Source: Candidatus Cloacimonadales bacterium (GTDB taxonomy: Bacteria; Cloacimonadota; Cloacimonadia; Cloacimonadales; JAFGVF01). From it: DNA of 64,000 nt. The stretch lies in the NCBI GenBank assembly GCA_963678315.1, contig OY782781.1, positions 960,001 through 1,024,000 on the forward strand, written 5' to 3'. The position numbers and the translations under genes were made by a program. The notes under the pieces are model-generated. The model did not search any database, was not told where the DNA came from, and was given only the letters and a program-made list of their open reading frames with translations. This document shows, piece by piece, positions 59,005 through 64,000 of this stretch. How positions within the stretch are numbered: position 1 is the first letter of the stretch; each line of letters opens with the position of its first letter.

Positions 59005-62000
59005 ATGAAAAGGATAATAATCATACTTTTCATAGCTTTTGTTGTTAATCTATCAGGAATTCAATTTAATGTTGATACTGAAAAAGGAATGGATGTTACA
59101 GTTTCTTGGGATATTGAAGAATATACAATAAACGACAGTGATAATGGACGTTTATTGCAACTAGATTCAAAGAATAATGAGGATTTAATCTCATGGAATA
59201 ATTATGGTTACGATTTACCTCAGGTAAGTAAATTAGTAATCGTACCATCAGGTTATGAACCCAAGCTAAATGTAACAGATGTTTACACAACAGATATTAA
59301 AGGGATTGATTTAGATAACTATAGAAAGGATTCTTCTTTGTTATTACCTGAAAAATCTGTAAGCATTTCTGAGGTCTATAAATATAGAGGACTCAGATTC
59401 TGTTCGATTGCAATAAATCCTGTAACCAAAGATGCAAAAAGCAAATCCATAAAGATTTTTGATAGGGCTAAAATAAATATAACTTTTTCAGAGACATCTG
59501 AAGAGTTAGTAAGTGAACTAAAACTTAGTAAAAGTGATATTCGAATGTTCGAGGATATTGTGATAAATCGTAATATGCTCGAACAAGAGAATATTCAAGA
59601 AGATGGTTATTTCGTTATTATATACAATTGCGATGACTCAGATGTTATTTTTCAAAATACAATAAATAAACTAAAAAACTGGAAAGAGAAGCTTGGTTGT
59701 AAGGTAATGACTCAAAACTTTCATGGTTCCAATGATTTTAGTAACATTAAAAGCTATCTTGTAGATGGATATAATAATTGGGATATGCCTCCTAAATGGA
59801 TATGTTTAGTTGGAGATACTGATGCATGTATAATACCAACAGATTACGAGAACTTTTCCTTCAGCATGGTTGCAGGTGATTATCAATATACACTTTTAGA
59901 AGAAGATGATAACTTCCCTGATGCCTATATTGGACGTCTTCCTATAAGAAGCTCTTCTGAATTGATGGCTGTGGTTAATAAGATAATTGGCTATGAAAAC
60001 AGTCAGTTTTCTCCTGATTCTTCTTATTTAAGCAATTCACTATTAGTTGGTGATCCAACTGACTCTGGTGTAGGAACTATTGTTGCTACTGATTACATCA
60101 AAGACTATATTGAAACTTATGATCCTAATCACACAGTAGACCAATATACATCAGGCTCTTTCGTAAATCAAATGACAACTTCTATAAATACTGGAATTTC
60201 TACTTTGTATTATAGAGGTTTTGCAGGAATTTCCGGTTTTGATATAGATGAAGTTAATTCTTTATATAATATAAAAAAGCCTTTCTTTGGAGCTTTTATA
60301 ACATGTCATACTAACGTTTTTAATGATTATTATACTCCTGCTTCTGTATGTGAAAAATTGGTTACTACAGGTTCAGCAGCTTCTCCTAAAGGGGCTATCG
60401 GAACAATAGGTTCATCTTCAGAGACTCATACCTGCACTAACAATCTTCTTATTGAAGCTATTGCTGAAGCTATGTATCTAAAAGATTTAAATGCCATGGG
60501 CGAAGCTCTTCATTATGCTAAACTACAAATGGTCAGAAACTATCCTGGAGACCCTAATCAGCTAACCTCTCAATACCTTCAATGTATGAATTTAATGGGA
60601 GACCCTAGTGTGAGAATTCAGAGATCTGCATTAAAATCTCTTGAGGTTGAATCATTAACTGAAAACATGTACCTTACAGATGATTACCTTTCATTTAGAA
60701 TCATAGATACAGATACACAAAACCCTATTGAAGGCGCTAAAGTTTCTCTCAATAGCTCAACAACTATTATTAATGATGTAAGTGATAATCAAGGTTATGT
60801 TACTTTTGAAATAGCTAATATAGATGAAAATGAACTTTATCTACTTGTCTATAAAGATGAATACACTACTTTATCACATTCCTTTGTATTATCTACTGAT
60901 TCTAGTGATTATGACTTCACTTTCCAGCAAACTAGTCCACTTATATGTGGTGGTACAGAGTTTGCTTTAACAACTAATTTCATGAATTATTCTCAAAACG
61001 ATATCGAGAACGCTACTATTAGACTTTATGGTGATAATATTGCCCAAGAAGTAGTAATTAATGATGTACAAATTCCTGCTATAGAAAGTGGGGATAGTGA
61101 TTTCTTAATCAGTGATATCAACATAGCTTTAGATAATAATGTAAGATATGAAGAAAGAGTTAAATTTTTTTATGAAATCACTGCAAATAATGTTAATCTA
61201 ACTTATCCTATTGTAGTTCAAGACAACTCATTTGAATTAGAAATCAGCGAAAAAGAAACCAATAACGCAGGCTACATTTCACAAGCAGTTGAAACTGAGC
61301 TTTCTTTGTATTTGAATGCTTGTGTAACAAATAGCTTTAGTGATTTACAAGTTGAATTAGTTGAAGATCATGGAATAATTTCTATCTCTAACCCCGTTCA
61401 AACTTTCTCATTAACAGAAGGAACAGAAGAACTTGTATTTGACTTCAATTTTGATTGTGCTCCTAGTGCAATACCTGGAACAATTCTTCCTCTTAATTTA
61501 CGAATCACTGACCCAGACAGTAATCTTGAAAGAAACTATCCTTTTAATCTTCAAATATACAACAACTGGTTAGATTATCCAACAGGTCCAGATAACTTTG
61601 GTTACCTTTGCTATTCAAGTATGGATGCAGATGAGCTTGCTCCAAGTTACCAATGGATAGATATTGATCCAAGCTCTTTAGAAGATTCAAATGTTCTTGA
61701 TGTCTTAGACAATAGTTATGATGGTGGCGGTGATTATGAAACTATATCTCTACCTTTCGAGTTTAGATATTATGGAGAAACATTTGACCAACTTACTATC
61801 TGCTCTAATGGCATGGTAATTGTTGGAGAAACAGCTAACATAGACTGGATGAATTCTGCTATTCCTGGTCCAGGTGCTCCTCATGGTATGATTGCTCCTT
61901 TCTGGGATGACCTAGTTTATCCTTATGCAAGCACAGATGTTTTCTACTATTATGACCAAGCAAATGATAGATTTATTGTTCAATGGGACGCAAAACTAAG

Positions 62001-62583
62001 ATATAACGGTTCTGCAGAGAAATTCCAGTTGGTTATTTTAAATTCTGACGAAGATAATCACCAATTCCTTTTTAACTATCAAACCATAAACAATGTTGAT
62101 ATGGGATCTTATGATGGCTTTTACGTACACCATGGTGAATATGCTACAGTAGGTATTACTTCTCCAGATGGAAATGACGGTATTCAATACACTTACAGCA
62201 ATAGATATCCATCTACAGCTCATGCAATCCAGAATGATTTTTCTCTGCTATTTACACCTATTCTTACTGAGTTCACACCTAATGCAGAAGAAGATGTTGA
62301 GCTTGCCTCTAGCCAACTAATAGGGAATTACCCAAATCCATTCAATCCTGAAACAACAATATCGTTCAACCTCGCTAATGATTCTATTGCCAAATTAGCC
62401 ATCTATAATGTGAAAGGACAGTTAGTTAAAACGCTTATTAATGACACATTGACAAAAGGTAATCATAAACTAGTCTGGAATGGAAGAGATAACAAGAACA
62501 AGAAAGTATCTTCTGGAATTTACTACTATAAATTATCTACTGATAACTATAAATCAACTAAGAAAATGATATTGATGAAGTAA
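59005..62583 (+). CDS. C25 (gingipain-like) family protein with propeptide and FlgD-Ig/T9SS-type C-terminal domain
   Basis: CLVGD, D..Y..LE.DD.FPD..IGRL, KII.YE, NLMGDPS, GPD.FGY, IAPFWDDL, NYPNPFNPET..IYNVKGQLV..WNGRD. Confidence 0.88.
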   Translation: MKRIIIILFIAFVVNLSGIQFNVDTEKGMDVTVSWDIEEYTINDSDNGRLLQLDSKNNEDLISWNNYGYDLPQVSKLVIVPSGYEPKLNVTDVYTTDIKGIDLDNYRKDSSLLLPEKSVSISEVYKYRGLRFCSIAINPVTKDAKSKSIKIFDRAKINITFSETSEELVSELKLSKSDIRMFEDIVINRNMLEQENIQEDGYFVIIYNCDDSDVIFQNTINKLKNWKEKLGCKVMTQNFHGSNDFSNIKSYLVDGYNNWDMPPKWICLVGDTDACIIPTDYENFSFSMVAGDYQYTLLEEDDNFPDAYIGRLPIRSSSELMAVVNKIIGYENSQFSPDSSYLSNSLLVGDPTDSGVGTIVATDYIKDYIETYDPNHTVDQYTSGSFVNQMTTSINTGISTLYYRGFAGISGFDIDEVNSLYNIKKPFFGAFITCHTNVFNDYYTPASVCEKLVTTGSAASPKGAIGTIGSSSETHTCTNNLLIEAIAEAMYLKDLNAMGEALHYAKLQMVRNYPGDPNQLTSQYLQCMNLMGDPSVRIQRSALKSLEVESLTENMYLTDDYLSFRIIDTDTQNPIEGAKVSLNSSTTIINDVSDNQGYVTFEIANIDENELYLLVYKDEYTTLSHSFVLSTDSSDYDFTFQQTSPLICGGTEFALTTNFMNYSQNDIENATIRLYGDNIAQEVVINDVQIPAIESGDSDFLISDINIALDNNVRYEERVKFFYEITANNVNLTYPIVVQDNSFELEISEKETNNAGYISQAVETELSLYLNACVTNSFSDLQVELVEDHGIISISNPVQTFSLTEGTEELVFDFNFDCAPSAIPGTILPLNLRITDPDSNLERNYPFNLQIYNNWLDYPTGPDNFGYLCYSSMDADELAPSYQWIDIDPSSLEDSNVLDVLDNSYDGGGDYETISLPFEFRYYGETFDQLTICSNGMVIVGETANIDWMNSAIPGPGAPHGMIAPFWDDLVYPYASTDVFYYYDQANDRFIVQWDAKLRYNGSAEKFQLVILNSDEDNHQFLFNYQTINNVDMGSYDGFYVHHGEYATVGITSPDGNDGIQYTYSNRYPSTAHAIQNDFSLLFTPILTEFTPNAEEDVELASSQLIGNYPNPFNPETTISFNLANDSIAKLAIYNVKGQLVKTLINDTLTKGNHKLVWNGRDNKNKKVSSGIYYYKLSTDNYKSTKKMILMK

Positions 62584-62620
62584 ATCGGAATTACAGCCTA
62601 CAATACTACAACTCTTTTAG

Positions 62621-62654
62621 CCTCCTGCATAAATACACATTTTAATGCAGGAGG
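62621..62654. repeat. 34-bp palindrome, copy 2; probably a terminator between convergent genes
   Basis: CCTCCTGCAT-AAATACACATTTTA-ATGCAGGAGG. Confidence 0.7.
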
Positions 62655-62736
62655 TAAATAATAGCAGATAATGCACTAAGACTTGGGATATAGTACTATT
62701 CTAAAAGTTCTACTGTATTAGAGGGTTTATAATGAA

Positions 62737-63654
62737 CTATATAAAGTATGAATAAACAGTTATAAAGACCAGGGCTAATATAAGGCTGAAGGAGACAATA
62801 GTTGCTGCGAATTCTTTATCTAATCCTTCAAGTTCTGAGAAAATAAGAGTATTGAACCCTACTGGGGCTGTAGAACATATTAAGACTATATGGTTTACTG
62901 GAGCTTGGAGCTTAAAAATAGATATTATAAGTAGACCTAGGATTGCCCCCAAACCCATTCTTAAACTTAGAGCAGTGATTGATAGCTTTAGATTCTTTAT
63001 TCTAGGATGGAAGTAGATTCCTAATGAAAAAATGATTAAAGGCATTGTTGGAAGGCTGATATAGTTAAGAGTTTCTGATAGTACAATAGGCAGTTTAACA
63101 GATAATAAATTGATTACTAGACCAACAATGATTCCCCATATTGGTGGTAGAGTTAACATCTTGATGATAGGCAATTGAGATTTTTCTTTTGAGCTGTATC
63201 TGATAGCTTGATAATAAGCAAAGAAGTAAATCATGATAGAGTTACCTAAATCGAAAAGAGAATAGTAACCAAATCCTTCTCTACCGAAGATTGCATAAAT
63301 AAATGTGGAAACAAAACCCGTATTTATAATCAAAGATCCAACTAGAAAAGCTCCTTTAGTAGCTTTATTAGTCTTAAGCTTAGATGTAATCAAGTTAGAT
63401 AAGAAAAATGTTGTTACTACAATCATAATAGGGAATAAGATAATGATGAAAAGAGAAGAGCTTAACTTCATTTCACTTAATGATATAACTGTTAGTGCAG
63501 GCAAGGTGATATTCAGCACTAAATGTAGAAATCTATCAGCATCTTGACTTTTAAATAAGTTAATTTTCTTTGAAACAAACCCTAATACGAACATGATAAT
63601 TACAGGAATAATCTTAGTGAAATAGACAGGCATTAATTCTCCAAACTTATACAA
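62737..63654 (-). CDS. AEC (auxin efflux carrier) family transporter
   Basis: About 10 TMs; ITLPAL, NTGF, PPIWGI, PL..F.LG, AP.GFN motifs. Confidence 0.88.
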   Translation of the reverse strand: MYKFGELMPVYFTKIIPVIIMFVLGFVSKKINLFKSQDADRFLHLVLNITLPALTVISLSEMKLSSSLFIIILFPIMIVVTTFFLSNLITSKLKTNKATKGAFLVGSLIINTGFVSTFIYAIFGREGFGYYSLFDLGNSIMIYFFAYYQAIRYSSKEKSQLPIIKMLTLPPIWGIIVGLVINLLSVKLPIVLSETLNYISLPTMPLIIFSLGIYFHPRIKNLKLSITALSLRMGLGAILGLLIISIFKLQAPVNHIVLICSTAPVGFNTLIFSELEGLDKEFAATIVSFSLILALVFITVYSYFI

Positions 63655-63974
63655 TATTTTAAAATTATAGTCTTTGCTTACTATCTTCTATTGCACAGAA
63701 ATATTTTTAATAAATATTCACAATAAATTTCTTTACTAATTTTACATTATAGAATAGTGTATTTTAACACTTGATTAGTAGAAATCTATTAAGTGCAACA
63801 AGTTATTTTATTGTGTAGTGCTTAAAATAACAATGTTACTCAACTTAAATATGTAACTTCTTTTATAACAAAAGAATGAGCTCTCTAAAAATAGTAAAGT
63901 TTTTTATTTACAAGAAAGTAATTTAATAAAAAACGGTATATAAATAAAACATAAAAAATAATCCTGGAGGATTA

Positions 63975-64000
63975 ATGAGCATAAAAAAGCAAATTACTGA
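63975..64000 (+). CDS. Start of a gene running off the window (MSIKKQIT...)
   Basis: GGAGG RBS then ATG after a long AT-rich intergenic region. Confidence 0.5.

Noticed and set aside
5907..63547. Many 60-120 aa ORFs antisense to or nested in long genes
   Set aside because: These are shadow ORFs of well-supported genes and have no independent motifs.

Overview
Low-GC bacterial chromosome segment. Gene content (GWxTD protein, PorU-like and C25 gingipain-like proteins with C-terminal sorting domains) suggests an FCB-group organism, most likely Cloacimonadota; this is an inference. Layout: (i) 2.3-13.6 kb, a seven-gene envelope operon (YjbH-like barrel, 2139-aa TPR protein, small exported protein, ExbB/TolQ, two ExbD/TolR, TonB-like protein) resembling the Agl-Glt core machinery; (ii) priA and ackA interleaved with accessory genes; (iii) a group II intron with a frameshifted reverse transcriptase; (iv) a ~15 kb defence island (SNF2 helicase, KilA-N, DUF4391, Sir2-HerA, type III Mod, four-helix-bundle protein, DUF1016, type III Res) whose junctions, and the mod coding sequence itself, carry oriented 7-bp repeat arrays; (v) housekeeping block with polA, bamA, ispD and an enlarged GlmS with a pro-peptide; (vi) lplA, a radical SAM gene, porU-like and secreted CTD proteins, and an AEC transporter. 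No rRNA, tRNA or CRISPR array was seen. Family calls come from motif recognition by eye, not database searches.
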